Position numbers and translations under genes: made by a program. A stretch of DNA of 64,000 bases from Verrucomicrobiia bacterium (lineage in GTDB: Bacteria > Verrucomicrobiota > Verrucomicrobiia > Limisphaerales > UBA11358): assembly GCA_035945675.1 (NCBI GenBank), contig DASZAB010000025.1:1108-65107 (forward strand). Direction: 5' to 3'. The notes under the pieces are model-generated. The model saw only the letters and a program-made list of their open reading frames with translations. It did not search any database and had not been told where the DNA came from. Below, piece by piece: positions 7,392 through 15,484 of this stretch (positions within the stretch are counted from its first letter, which is position 1; every line of letters starts with the position of its first letter).

Positions 7392-8903
7392 ATGTACACC
7401 TCCTTAAGAACCCCAATTTATAGAATAGTTATCAAATCTGCCGGCGTTTTTTGGCTACTGCCAGTTTTCATCGTTTTTTTAGCCCAGTCCAGCCACGCTG
7501 ATCAGTCTTCACTTTTGTCCCTGACTTCACCCGATCAGATGCAGGTCAATTGGACGTCGGGGGCTGCCGATGCGAACCTGGGCACCTTGGCCGACATAAA
7601 AATTCCCAAAGGCTATCGCTTTACGGACTCGACCGGGGCCGGTGCTCTGCTGGCGAGGATGAACAATCCAATTCCTCAAGGTTTGGTGGGGATCATTGCT
7701 CCTGAATCGGGACAATGGTGGATTGTTCTGACTTATAAAGACATCGGCTATATGAAGGGCGTGGATAAGGAGGGAATTGATGCGGCAGCAATTTTGAAGG
7801 CAATTTCCGATCGCGCCAATCGCCAAAATGAGGCCCGGCGAATCCACGGTTTGCCACTGATTACCTCGGTGGATTGGGCGCTCGCGCCGTCGTTTGACGC
7901 AAAAACGCACGCGGTGGAATGGGCCGTTCGGGCCAAGACTCAGTCATCGGAAGTGGTCAATCACACCGTGCGTTTGTTGGGTCGGCAGGGGATGCTGGAT
8001 GCCACAGCGGTCGCACCCTATCAAGCTCAGGGCGCCGCCGATTTGGTTCCGTTGAAGGAACTGGTGAAAGACATCTCGTTTAAGCCGGGACAGCGTTATA
8101 CAGACTATCAGCCAGGTGACAAAGTTTCCGATATTCAACTCGCAGGCCTCATTGCCGGAGAGGATGATTCACCGGCCTCACAAAAAAGCGACGTTGTCAC
8201 GCCGGGCAAAAGCGCGGGTGGATGGGGCTGGTATGTCTTGGCCGGTGTTATCGCCGGAGGAGGCGTCATGCTGGTTCGCGGAGTGGTTCAACGACATCAC
8301 AAAGCCCATCGCGCGCCTTCAACCCGTTCTCTCGTTGCGGGCAACGGCAATGGTAACGGCAATGGACATGTTCATGTCTCTGCGGTCGCAACTCCGCCGG
8401 TATCCGCCATGGTGATGCGGACTGATAAGGTAAAAACGGATGAGGTCAAGCCGACTGGCGTAAAGCCGGCAGTGGCGGTGACCCAAAATGGATTGAACGG
8501 ATCGTCCAATGGGTCAACCCACCGCCGTGGCGCACGCCGCAAGAAGATCTTTGATTATCACCGGTTCTATACCGACACGGTCATGAAACTTTCCTCGAGC
8601 GGATACACCGCAGAAGTCACCCCCCGCAACGGTCACGCCAACGGACACTCAGATGGTCATTCATCGGCCCCCGCTATGGAGGTTCAACCCGCCTCGTATG
8701 GGGCCGTGAATCAGGCCATTGTTCAGTCCCACTTGGATTTGATCGCTAATCAGAAAGCCCTCATTGAGGAACAGAAACGCCTGGTGCAACAACAAACCAA
8801 ACTCATCGACGAGAAGAACAGGTTCATTCAGGAACAAAACGAACTGCTGGAGCGGCAGTCGGCCATGATCGAGAACCAGTATTCCCTGAAGCTCGAGTCC
8901 TGA
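7392..8903 (+). CDS. DUF2167-like membrane-anchored protein with a long low-complexity and coiled-coil C-terminal extension
   Basis: Signal-like N-terminus. IKIPKGYRF, NNPIPQGLVGII, WWIVLTYKDIGYM, NEARR..GLP, W..AP.FDAKTHAVEWA and VNHTVRLLGRQGML match my memory of the DUF2167 pattern. These are followed by a TM helix (WGWYVLAGVIAGGGVMLV), a GNGNGNGNGH tract, His/Asn/Gly-rich segments and a Gln-rich coiled coil. Confidence 0.65.
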   Translation: MYTSLRTPIYRIVIKSAGVFWLLPVFIVFLAQSSHADQSSLLSLTSPDQMQVNWTSGAADANLGTLADIKIPKGYRFTDSTGAGALLARMNNPIPQGLVGIIAPESGQWWIVLTYKDIGYMKGVDKEGIDAAAILKAISDRANRQNEARRIHGLPLITSVDWALAPSFDAKTHAVEWAVRAKTQSSEVVNHTVRLLGRQGMLDATAVAPYQAQGAADLVPLKELVKDISFKPGQRYTDYQPGDKVSDIQLAGLIAGEDDSPASQKSDVVTPGKSAGGWGWYVLAGVIAGGGVMLVRGVVQRHHKAHRAPSTRSLVAGNGNGNGNGHVHVSAVATPPVSAMVMRTDKVKTDEVKPTGVKPAVAVTQNGLNGSSNGSTHRRGARRKKIFDYHRFYTDTVMKLSSSGYTAEVTPRNGHANGHSDGHSSAPAMEVQPASYGAVNQAIVQSHLDLIANQKALIEEQKRLVQQQTKLIDEKNRFIQEQNELLERQSAMIENQYSLKLES

Positions 8904-8978
8904 AGCTCATTCGTTCCCAGCTGTTCCGGAATCTTGTCGAAGCGAATTGGATTGGAGGAAGGAGCTTGGATTTCCTGA

Positions 8979-9836
8979 TTGGCGCCTTTAGCCATGAATT
9001 CGAAAGCTGGAAGCCGGTGGCGTGAGCTTGTCTGTGCAGGAGTGTGTTTGGGCGCAATTGATCCAGTTTCCCGCAGCGCGACTTTCATGTTTTCCAACAC
9101 CAACCTTGTCGCGATTAATGCCGATACGAGTCCGCCGACCAAGGCGGTGCCTTACCCTTCCGGCATCGGGGTTGCCGGACTGAACGGCCAGGTTGTGACC
9201 AAAGTCACGGTGACACTTCAAGGTTTCAGCCATACATTTCCAAGCGATGTGGACGTTATGCTGGTCGGCCCTCAAGGGCAGGAAGCGGTTCTGATGGCAA
9301 ACGCCGGCGGAAAGGACCGATATAGCGTAACCAACCTCACGCTTACTTTTGACGACAGCGCCACAAATTCTTTGCCCTTGTTCACAAGCCTGGTGTCCGG
9401 CACTTTCAAGCCAACCAACGGGTATTTAGATCCTTATTTTGGATACTCAAGCCTCCCTTTTAATTTCCCTCCGCCCGCTCCGCCCGGCAACTCAAATTCG
9501 CTGTCCTTGTTGTCGGTCTTCAGGAACACCGACCCGAGCGGAACCTGGAATTTGTTCGTTGTGTCTGATGTTTCTGGAGATTCGGGCATGATTTCCAACG
9601 GTTGGAGTTTGAATCTCTCCGTGGCTGTTCCCCTCCAGATAATTCACTCCCGAACGAACGTTGTTATTTCCTGGCCCGCATCAGCTACAAATGGACATCT
9701 CCAGTTGTCGCCAACTCTCTTTAGCCCAAACACTTGGACCAACGTCACAACCGCGCCAGCTTCCTATGCCGGCCGCTTTAACGTAACAAATCCCATTCTC
9801 GAGGGGAATGCCTTTTATCGCCTGGTAACCAATTGA
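8979..9836 (+). CDS. Secreted protein with a proprotein-convertase P-domain-like module and no protease domain
   Basis: PYPSGIGVAGLNGQVVTKVTVTLQGFSHTFPSDVDVMLVGPQGQ ... DPSGTWNLFVVSDVSGDSGMISNGWSLNLS fits the P_proprotein (PF01483) pattern. The start is TTG at 8979 or ATG at 8994. Confidence 0.6.
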   Translation: MAPLAMNSKAGSRWRELVCAGVCLGAIDPVSRSATFMFSNTNLVAINADTSPPTKAVPYPSGIGVAGLNGQVVTKVTVTLQGFSHTFPSDVDVMLVGPQGQEAVLMANAGGKDRYSVTNLTLTFDDSATNSLPLFTSLVSGTFKPTNGYLDPYFGYSSLPFNFPPPAPPGNSNSLSLLSVFRNTDPSGTWNLFVVSDVSGDSGMISNGWSLNLSVAVPLQIIHSRTNVVISWPASATNGHLQLSPTLFSPNTWTNVTTAPASYAGRFNVTNPILEGNAFYRLVTN

Positions 9837-10027
9837 AATCAAGAAACGTTATCAGAATGGCTAAAGTTTGAAAAGAAACCTTATCGCTGACCCCGTGGCA
9901 ATAAGCATAATTCATTATTTTTTATAATTTCATCACCGTATTAAATTTGACTTCTGGTAAAAAGTGCCTTAGTTTAAGACAGAGTTGACACACAATCAGA
10001 CAGACTGGAATCAAAAGACGTAAAGTT

Positions 10028-10795
10028 GTGAAAAGTAATGTTGTACCAAGCCGTGTCGTTTATCTCGGAGTTGTTATTTTGGCGGCGATAACGTTTTCCT
10101 CGACGCAGTTGAATGCCACGGGGATAATCTACCAGTTTGACACTCCTTTTCCTGCGGACCCCAGCCCTGCGGCTCCTGCTCCATGGATTACCTCTGATTT
10201 TGAAAATGTAAGCGGGGGAGTTAACCTGACTATTTCCGCGGTCGGATTGAGCGGCAGTGAATTTGCCAGCGAGATGTACTTTAATTTGGATCCGAGTTTG
10301 AGTTTGGATCAATCCTATCTGACGTTCAACGAAACGGCTTCCAGCGGCAGTTTTTCCGCCCCGACAATCTCTCAAGCGGCTGGAGATAATAATTACAAGG
10401 CGGATGGTGACGGCAAATACGATTTTCGTTTCAATTTTGGAACAGTCAGTGGAACGACTTTTGGATCCGGCGATTCCATAAGCTATTTTATCACCGGCAT
10501 TCCAGGTTTGATGGCCAATAGTTTTTCCTTCGAAAGCGAGCCGGCCGGTGGCAGTGGCCCCTTTTATGCCGCGGCGCACATTCAGGGCCTGGCCGGTGGT
10601 TTAAGCACATGGATCGAACCGGGCGGCGGCCCCGCCATCACTCCGGTTCCAGAACCTGAACCCATTGCTCTCCTGGCTGTTTCAGCAATGCTTTTGGCCG
10701 CCTTCCGCGTTCGAATGTTGATGCTGCGGAAAAGAATTTATGCTGTCGCGCAAAAAAACCGTTGCGTCAAAAGCATTAACTTTCGATCACGTTGA
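10028..10795 (+). CDS. PEP-CTERM sorting-domain protein
   Basis: N-terminal signal peptide. The C-terminal sequence VPEPEPIALLAVSAMLLAAFRVR has the PEP motif, a TM helix and a basic tail. The ORF continues 27 aa beyond it and overlaps the 3' end of the convergent NIL gene by 20 nt. Confidence 0.75.
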   Translation: MKSNVVPSRVVYLGVVILAAITFSSTQLNATGIIYQFDTPFPADPSPAAPAPWITSDFENVSGGVNLTISAVGLSGSEFASEMYFNLDPSLSLDQSYLTFNETASSGSFSAPTISQAAGDNNYKADGDGKYDFRFNFGTVSGTTFGSGDSISYFITGIPGLMANSFSFESEPAGGSGPFYAAAHIQGLAGGLSTWIEPGGGPAITPVPEPEPIALLAVSAMLLAAFRVRMLMLRKRIYAVAQKNRCVKSINFRSR

Positions 10796-11060
10796 TTTCC
10801 ACCGGCTCGACGTTCACGCCGTTTTTCTCCAGCCATTTGATAGCCGCGCCCACCTCGCTGCGCGCGCCATCCAGCTCCAGGCAGACGATGCCAATCTCGT
10901 CGGTCACGCTCGCCTGACGAATGTTGGTGACCACCTTGAACTTGTGGCCGACCTCCCAGATGAACGGCTTCTTGATGAGCCTGGGGGGATACATCAGCCA
11001 TAATCGCTTTTGCGTGGGTGAATTGGATTTCGTTGCCGGCAGTTTTTTCCTGGTGGCCAT
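10776..11060 (-). CDS. NIL-domain protein
   Basis: 94 aa. LIKKPFIWEVGHKFKVVTNIRQASVTDEIGIVCLELDGARSEVGAAIKWLEKNGVNVEPV fits the NIL domain pattern (the C-terminal regulatory domain of MetN). It is the last gene of the riboswitch-controlled operon. Confidence 0.7.
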   Translation of the reverse strand: MATRKKLPATKSNSPTQKRLWLMYPPRLIKKPFIWEVGHKFKVVTNIRQASVTDEIGIVCLELDGARSEVGAAIKWLEKNGVNVEPVEINVIES

Positions 11061-11063
11061 AGG

Positions 11064-11091
11064 ATTTAAATTAAAAATTAAAAGTTAAAAA
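11064..11091. repeat. AT-rich 4 x 7-mer array abutting the NIL gene start
   Basis: atttaaa|ttaaaaa|ttaaaag|ttaaaaa. It lies 3 nt upstream of the minus-strand ATG at 11060. Confidence 0.55.
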
Positions 11092-11163
11092 TGCAGAATG
11101 GATTTCAGCCGCCGGACGCTTCCCCGGCCCATTTTAATTTTGCGTTTTTCATTTGCATTGGCT

Positions 11164-11439
11164 CTAGCCTCCGGCAATGGCCGGAATGATGCTGATTTCG
11201 TCGCCGTCTTTGAGTGGAGTCTGCTTGTTTTGCAGGAAGCGGATGTCTTCCTCGTTCACATACACGTTCACGAAACGGCGCACTTCGCCCTTTTCATCCA
11301 CCAGCCGTTCCTGGATGCCAGGGTAGCGCGATTGCAGTTCGGCGATGGCGTCGCCGACGGTGGCGGCGTTGACTTCGACCAACTCCTCATTGTTCGTCAA
11401 CTTGCGGAGCGGGGTTGGGATGCGGACTTTCTTTGGCAT
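11164..11439 (-). CDS. ThiS/MoaD-family sulfur-carrier protein (C-terminal Gly-Gly)
   Basis: 91 aa ending in ...ISIIPAIAGG-stop. It has the beta-grasp-like pattern V.VNAATVGDAI..L. It starts 4 nt after the thrC-like stop. Confidence 0.8.
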   Translation of the reverse strand: MPKKVRIPTPLRKLTNNEELVEVNAATVGDAIAELQSRYPGIQERLVDEKGEVRRFVNVYVNEEDIRFLQNKQTPLKDGDEISIIPAIAGG

Positions 11440-11443
11440 AAAT

Positions 11444-12700
11444 TCAAACGTTTACTCTTTCTTCCTGCGCCAGCAGCGCTTCAAATTCGCGCAGACTCGG
11501 CTTGATTTCGCGCGGCTTGCCCAGGTAGCCGTCCACGGCGTCGAGCGTCTTCAGGCCGTTGCCGGTCACGCAGAGAACGGCGGAATCATCCCGCGGAATT
11601 TTGCCCGAGGCAATCAGTTTCTTGGCTACGCCCACGGTCACGCCGCCGGCGGTTTCGGCAAAAATGCCTTCCGTCTCGGCCAGCAATTTGATCGCGTCGC
11701 GAATCTCGTCATCCGTCACATCTTCCGCCGCCGCGCCGGTGTCCCGCATGACCCGCAGTGCGTAGAAACCGTCGGCCGGCGTCCCGATGGCGAGCGACTT
11801 CGCAATCGTGTTCGGCTTGACTGGTTTGAAGAAATCCAATCCGGCCTTTTGCGCCGCAGAAATCGGTGAACAACCGGTTGCCTGCGCACCGTGAACCGCA
11901 TATTTTGTCTCCGACACCAGGCCGAGCTTGATGAATTCCTGGTAGCCTTTCTGGATTTTGGTCAGCAGCGAGCCGGAGGCCATCGGCACGACGGTATGCC
12001 GTGGGATGCGCCAGCCGTATTGTTCGGCGATTTCATACGCCATGCTCTTGGAACCTTCGGCGTAATACGGCCTCATGTTTACGTTCACAAACGCCCAGCC
12101 GAACTTGCCGGCAATCTCGGCGCAAAGCCGGTTCACCTCGTCGTAATGGCCTTTGATGCCGATGACTTTCGCACCATAAATCAACGAGTTCAGGATTTTA
12201 CCGTGCTCCAAATCATGCGGAATGAACACATAGGATTTAAGTCCGGCGCTGGCGGCGTTGGCCGCGACGGAATTCGCGAGGTTGCCGGTCGAGGCGCACG
12301 CGACCGTGTCGAAACCGAGTTCCTTTGAACGGCTCAAGGCGACGCTCACGACGCGGTCTTTGAACGACAGGGTGGGGTAGTTCACCGTGTCATTCTTAAT
12401 CCATAACTCACGGATGCCCAGCTTCCTGGCGAGCCGGTCGGCCTTCACCAGCGGTGTGAAGCCGACCTGCAAACCAACGGTCGGGTCGTTCGCCACCGGC
12501 AACAGTTCACGGTAACGCCACATCGTTTGGGGACGTGATTGCACCGCCGCTTTGGTGAGCGACTTTTTGATGCGCTCGTAATCGTAAACAACTTCCAGCG
12601 GGCCGAAGTCAAATTCGCAGACGTGATTGGCCGCAAGCGGATACTCGCGTCCACATTCGCGGCACTTCAGCGCCTTCATGTAACCGTGATGTTCACTCAT
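11444..12700 (-). CDS. Threonine-synthase-family PLP enzyme (ThrC-like, with an N-terminal Zn-ribbon)
   Basis: LKCRECGREYPL..HVCE zinc ribbon; PLP-lysine motif PTLSFKDR; ASTGN; fold-type-II PLP pattern throughout. The start is set at the ATG at 12700 (MSEHHGY). The function may be homocysteine synthesis rather than threonine synthesis (see findings). Confidence 0.85.
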   Translation of the reverse strand: MSEHHGYMKALKCRECGREYPLAANHVCEFDFGPLEVVYDYERIKKSLTKAAVQSRPQTMWRYRELLPVANDPTVGLQVGFTPLVKADRLARKLGIRELWIKNDTVNYPTLSFKDRVVSVALSRSKELGFDTVACASTGNLANSVAANAASAGLKSYVFIPHDLEHGKILNSLIYGAKVIGIKGHYDEVNRLCAEIAGKFGWAFVNVNMRPYYAEGSKSMAYEIAEQYGWRIPRHTVVPMASGSLLTKIQKGYQEFIKLGLVSETKYAVHGAQATGCSPISAAQKAGLDFFKPVKPNTIAKSLAIGTPADGFYALRVMRDTGAAAEDVTDDEIRDAIKLLAETEGIFAETAGGVTVGVAKKLIASGKIPRDDSAVLCVTGNGLKTLDAVDGYLGKPREIKPSLREFEALLAQEERVNV

Positions 12701-12790
12701 AACTATTTTTTTGGCAGCCGCCGACGTTGGTCGGCGCATTATTCAGTTGGCGCGGACTGACGTCCGCGGCTACAAACTCAATTGGGGCAA

Positions 12791-12822
12791 CAAAAAGGCC
12801 CCGACTCATGGCGAGAAGGGGC
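12791..12822 (-). terminator. Intrinsic terminator forming the expression platform of the SAM-I riboswitch
   Basis: On the minus strand, GCCCC-uucucgccaugaguc-GGGGC is followed by CUUUUUGUUG. The cuucuc in the loop region is complementary to the 3' strand of riboswitch P1 (gagaag), which offers an antiterminator alternative. Confidence 0.6.
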
Positions 12823-12840
12823 TGACAAAACTTGCGCACG

Positions 12841-12960
12841 CTTCTCATTTTCCCCCGACACCCGTCAGGGCTGGAATTGGCACCTGGCCGCCCCGAACGC
12901 ATTCGGAGCCGGTTGCCGTGGCTTCATCGGGCCAGTCCCTCAGCCACTCTGCATGAGACC
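12841..12960 (-). promoter_or_regulatory. SAM-I (S-box) riboswitch aptamer
   Basis: The minus strand reads UCUCAUGCAGAGUGGCUGAGGGACUGGCCCGAUGAAGCCACGGCAACCGGCUCCGAAUGCGUUCGGGGCGGCCAGGUGCCAAUUCCAGCCCUGACGGGUGUCGGGGGAAAAUGAGA. This matches the invariant SAM-I core (GAGGGACUGGCCCGAUGAAxCCxGGCAACC ... GGUGCCAAUUCC ... GAAAxAUGAGA) with a closing P1 UCUCAU/AUGAGA. A TTGACA hexamer lies upstream at 13005-13010 (minus). Confidence 0.9.
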
Positions 12961-13036
12961 GTTGTATCAACGGATGCGGATAAGTTGATTGATAAGACGA
13001 ATTCTGTCAACTGATTTTTTGAGCCGGGGAGGCGGC

Positions 13037-13573
13037 TCAATAGACTACAATCGAACGCACCGGCAGGTCCTGCAATTTCCTGCGGCCGTTCAGGAACTTC
13101 AATTCAATGAGGAAGGCGGCTTCCAGGATTTTCGCACCCAGTTTGTTCACCAGGGCGGCGGCCGCGGCAGCGGTACCGCCGGTCGCCAGCAAATCGTCAA
13201 TCAGCAACACGCGTGCGCCCGGTCTGAGCGCGTCCACGTGCATGGCAATGGTTGCCGAACCGTACTCCAGCGCATAGTCCTGCTCGTGGGTCTGGTAGGG
13301 CAGCTTGCCCTTTTTGCGAACGGGCACAAATCCGGCATGGAGTTTCAGGGCGGCGGCGGCGGCGAAAATAAATCCGCGTGCGTCAACCCCCACGACCGCA
13401 TCAACGGCGCCCGGTTTGAACTTTTCCGTGAGCAGATCAATCGCGCCGGCAAACAACCGTGGATCCGCCAGGACGGGCGTGATATCCTTGAACTGGATGC
13501 CCGGCTTCGGAAAATCCGGAACATTGCGGATGGCAGCGGCGATTTGCTGGGGTGTCACCCGGGCGGAAGGCAT
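13037..13573 (-). CDS. apt: Adenine phosphoribosyltransferase
   Basis: FPKPGIQFKDITPVL, VVGVDARGFIF, and the PRPP loop VLLIDDLLATGGTA. Confidence 0.9.
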   Translation of the reverse strand: MPSARVTPQQIAAAIRNVPDFPKPGIQFKDITPVLADPRLFAGAIDLLTEKFKPGAVDAVVGVDARGFIFAAAAALKLHAGFVPVRKKGKLPYQTHEQDYALEYGSATIAMHVDALRPGARVLLIDDLLATGGTAAAAAALVNKLGAKILEAAFLIELKFLNGRRKLQDLPVRSIVVY

Positions 13574-13577
13574 GGCG

Positions 13578-14576
13578 TCAGTCCTTTTTGTCTTTGGAAC
13601 TTTCGAGTTTTTCGATCATGCGGCGCAGCTTTTTAAGCGCCAGATTCTGGATCTGCCGGACACGTTCGCGGGTCACCCCGAATTTTTCGCCAACTTCCTC
13701 CAGCGTTTTTTCCGTGCCGCCGTCCAGGCCGAAGCGATAGCGCAGAATGGTCGCTTCGCGTTCGTCCAGATGCTTGACCATGTCCTGCAACATGCCGGTG
13801 ACAGTCTTGTCCTCCAAATCCTGATAAGGCGTTATGGCATTTTCATCCTCCACCAGATCCGAAAAGTTGTTCGAATCATCGTCGCCAATCGGCGCATCGA
13901 GCGAGGCCGGGCGGATGGAAGCCAGCCGCATCTGCCGCACGCGCGTGGCCGTCATGTCCAGTTCATCCGCCAATTCCTCGTCGGTGGGTTCCCGCCCGAG
14001 TTCCTCCTGCAACTTCATCGCGATCCGGCGCATTTTGGAAATTTTATCCACCAGATGCACCGGCAGCCGGATGGTCTTGGATTGATTGGCGAGGGCGCGC
14101 TTGATGGATTGCTTGATCCACCACGAGCCGTAGGTTGAAAGTTTGCCGCCTTTTCTCGGGTCGAACCGCTCCACGGCCTTCATCAGGCCGATATTGCCTT
14201 CGCTGATCAGATCCAGCAGCGGCAGGCCGATGCCGTCATAATCGCGCGCGATTTTGACGACGAGGCGCAGGTTGGCCTTGATCATCTGTTCGCGCGCCTT
14301 CTTGTCGCCCTTCTTGATGCGGGCGGCCAGTTCGATTTCCTCCTGCGGCGTGAGCAATTTCACCTGGCCGATCTCGCGCAGATAAAGTTTGATGGCGGTA
14401 TCGGCGTCGTAACGCGACGCCTCCCTTTGAATGAACTGGGTGGTGTCACCGGCCGCGGCCGGCGGCGCGCCCGGCGCGGGAACGGCGGGAATGACGGCTT
14501 TAACCGCGGCGCGCGGGGAAACCTTCTGGCGCCGTCTGATTTTGGCCGTTCTGCGTTTTTTCTTTTTTACTGCCAT
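13578..14576 (-). CDS. RNA polymerase sigma-70 family factor (RpoD-like, regions 1.2-4)
   Basis: YLREIGQVKLLTPQEEIELA, ANLRLVVKIARDY, DLISEGNIGLMKAVERFD, STYGSWWIKQSI, TIRLPVH, EATILRYRFGL and TLEEVGEKFGVTRERVRQI. The start is ATG 14576 (MAVKKKK) or TTG 14588. Confidence 0.85.
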   Translation of the reverse strand: MAVKKKKRRTAKIRRRQKVSPRAAVKAVIPAVPAPGAPPAAAGDTTQFIQREASRYDADTAIKLYLREIGQVKLLTPQEEIELAARIKKGDKKAREQMIKANLRLVVKIARDYDGIGLPLLDLISEGNIGLMKAVERFDPRKGGKLSTYGSWWIKQSIKRALANQSKTIRLPVHLVDKISKMRRIAMKLQEELGREPTDEELADELDMTATRVRQMRLASIRPASLDAPIGDDDSNNFSDLVEDENAITPYQDLEDKTVTGMLQDMVKHLDEREATILRYRFGLDGGTEKTLEEVGEKFGVTRERVRQIQNLALKKLRRMIEKLESSKDKKD

Positions 14577-14633
14577 AAAGCGCACCAAACGTTACGGCCA
14601 GAACGTCCGTCCGCAAGAAAATTAACCGCAAAC

Positions 14634-15329
14634 TTAGTTCCGGCTGTTGCGCGCCAGCGAGATGTAATAAAGCAGAGTCAGGATGGACGACACCAGCGCC
14701 GCCACATAAGTGAGCGCCGCCGCATCCAAAACCTTGCTGACACCCGCGCGTTCGTGCTCATGTACGAGGCCGAGCCGGAACAATTGTTCCTTCGCCCGGC
14801 GGCTCGCGTCATATTCCACCGGCAACGTGACGAGTTGGAACAGGGTTATCACCGCAAAAGTCGCAATGATAATGGGCAGGGCAATTTTCAAAAGGCCAAG
14901 GAAGAAACCGGCAAACAATATGGCGGCGTAAGCCATACTCGCGAATTGCGTGATGGGCACCAGCGCCATGCGGACGTTGAAGAGTCCATAGGCGGCCTGG
15001 TGCTGAAGCGCATGACCGGCTTCGTGCGCCGCCACACCGACGGCGGCGATCGTCTGGCCGTGAAAATTGTTCGACGACAGAAACAGCGCGCGCTTCGTGG
15101 GGTCGTAATGGTCGCTCAAGTGACCGGGGACTTCCTCCACCGGCACGTCAGTCAAACCGGCCTGGTCCAGGACCTCGCGCGCGGCTTCCGCGCCCGTCAT
15201 GCCGGATTCCACCGGCACCTGGCTGTATTTGCTGTAAGCATGGTGCAGCTTCATCTGCGCCCAGATGCCGATGAGCAAACCGGGCAACATTACATACAGC
15301 CAATAATGCCAATCAAAATTCCAGATCAT
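14634..15329 (-). CDS. Membrane zinc metallopeptidase (YugP / Zn_peptidase_2 family)
   Basis: HEAGHALQH zinc motif, a multi-TM profile, and an N-terminus (MIWNFDWHYWLYVMLPGLLIGIWAQMKL) typical of the family. Confidence 0.8.
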   Translation of the reverse strand: MIWNFDWHYWLYVMLPGLLIGIWAQMKLHHAYSKYSQVPVESGMTGAEAAREVLDQAGLTDVPVEEVPGHLSDHYDPTKRALFLSSNNFHGQTIAAVGVAAHEAGHALQHQAAYGLFNVRMALVPITQFASMAYAAILFAGFFLGLLKIALPIIIATFAVITLFQLVTLPVEYDASRRAKEQLFRLGLVHEHERAGVSKVLDAAALTYVAALVSSILTLLYYISLARNSRN

Positions 15330-15484
15330 AAAATTCCTCTTTAATGACCGCGGACGTCGGTCAGCCATTCAACCAAGCCGGCGGCGTGCCAACTCAATTT
15401 ACAGGGAATTTAAGGGAAAGGGCGCCGGTTGAAAGATTTTTCTGAGCCATTGCGGCTCAATTGAGACAGCCGGGCTGGCACAAA

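Noticed and set aside
10776-10795. 20-nt convergent overlap between the PEP-CTERM gene tail and the NIL gene 3' end, as a possible regulatory antisense arrangement
   Set aside because: The overlap exists only because the PEP-CTERM ORF reads 27 codons past its sorting signal before meeting a stop. This is most simply a fortuitous late stop, with no further evidence for function.
12740-13036. Possible SRP/4.5S or other structured RNA in the 300-nt gap upstream of the thrC-like gene
   Set aside because: I looked for the SRP domain IV motif and did not find it. The conserved blocks instead match the SAM-I riboswitch core, which explains the structure fully.
13020-13039. Hairpin tgagccg-cctccc-cggctca overlapping the apt stop codon, as an intrinsic terminator
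   Set aside because: On the apt (minus) strand the stem is followed by an A-run, not a U-run. The T-run lies on the wrong side, so it is not a canonical terminator.
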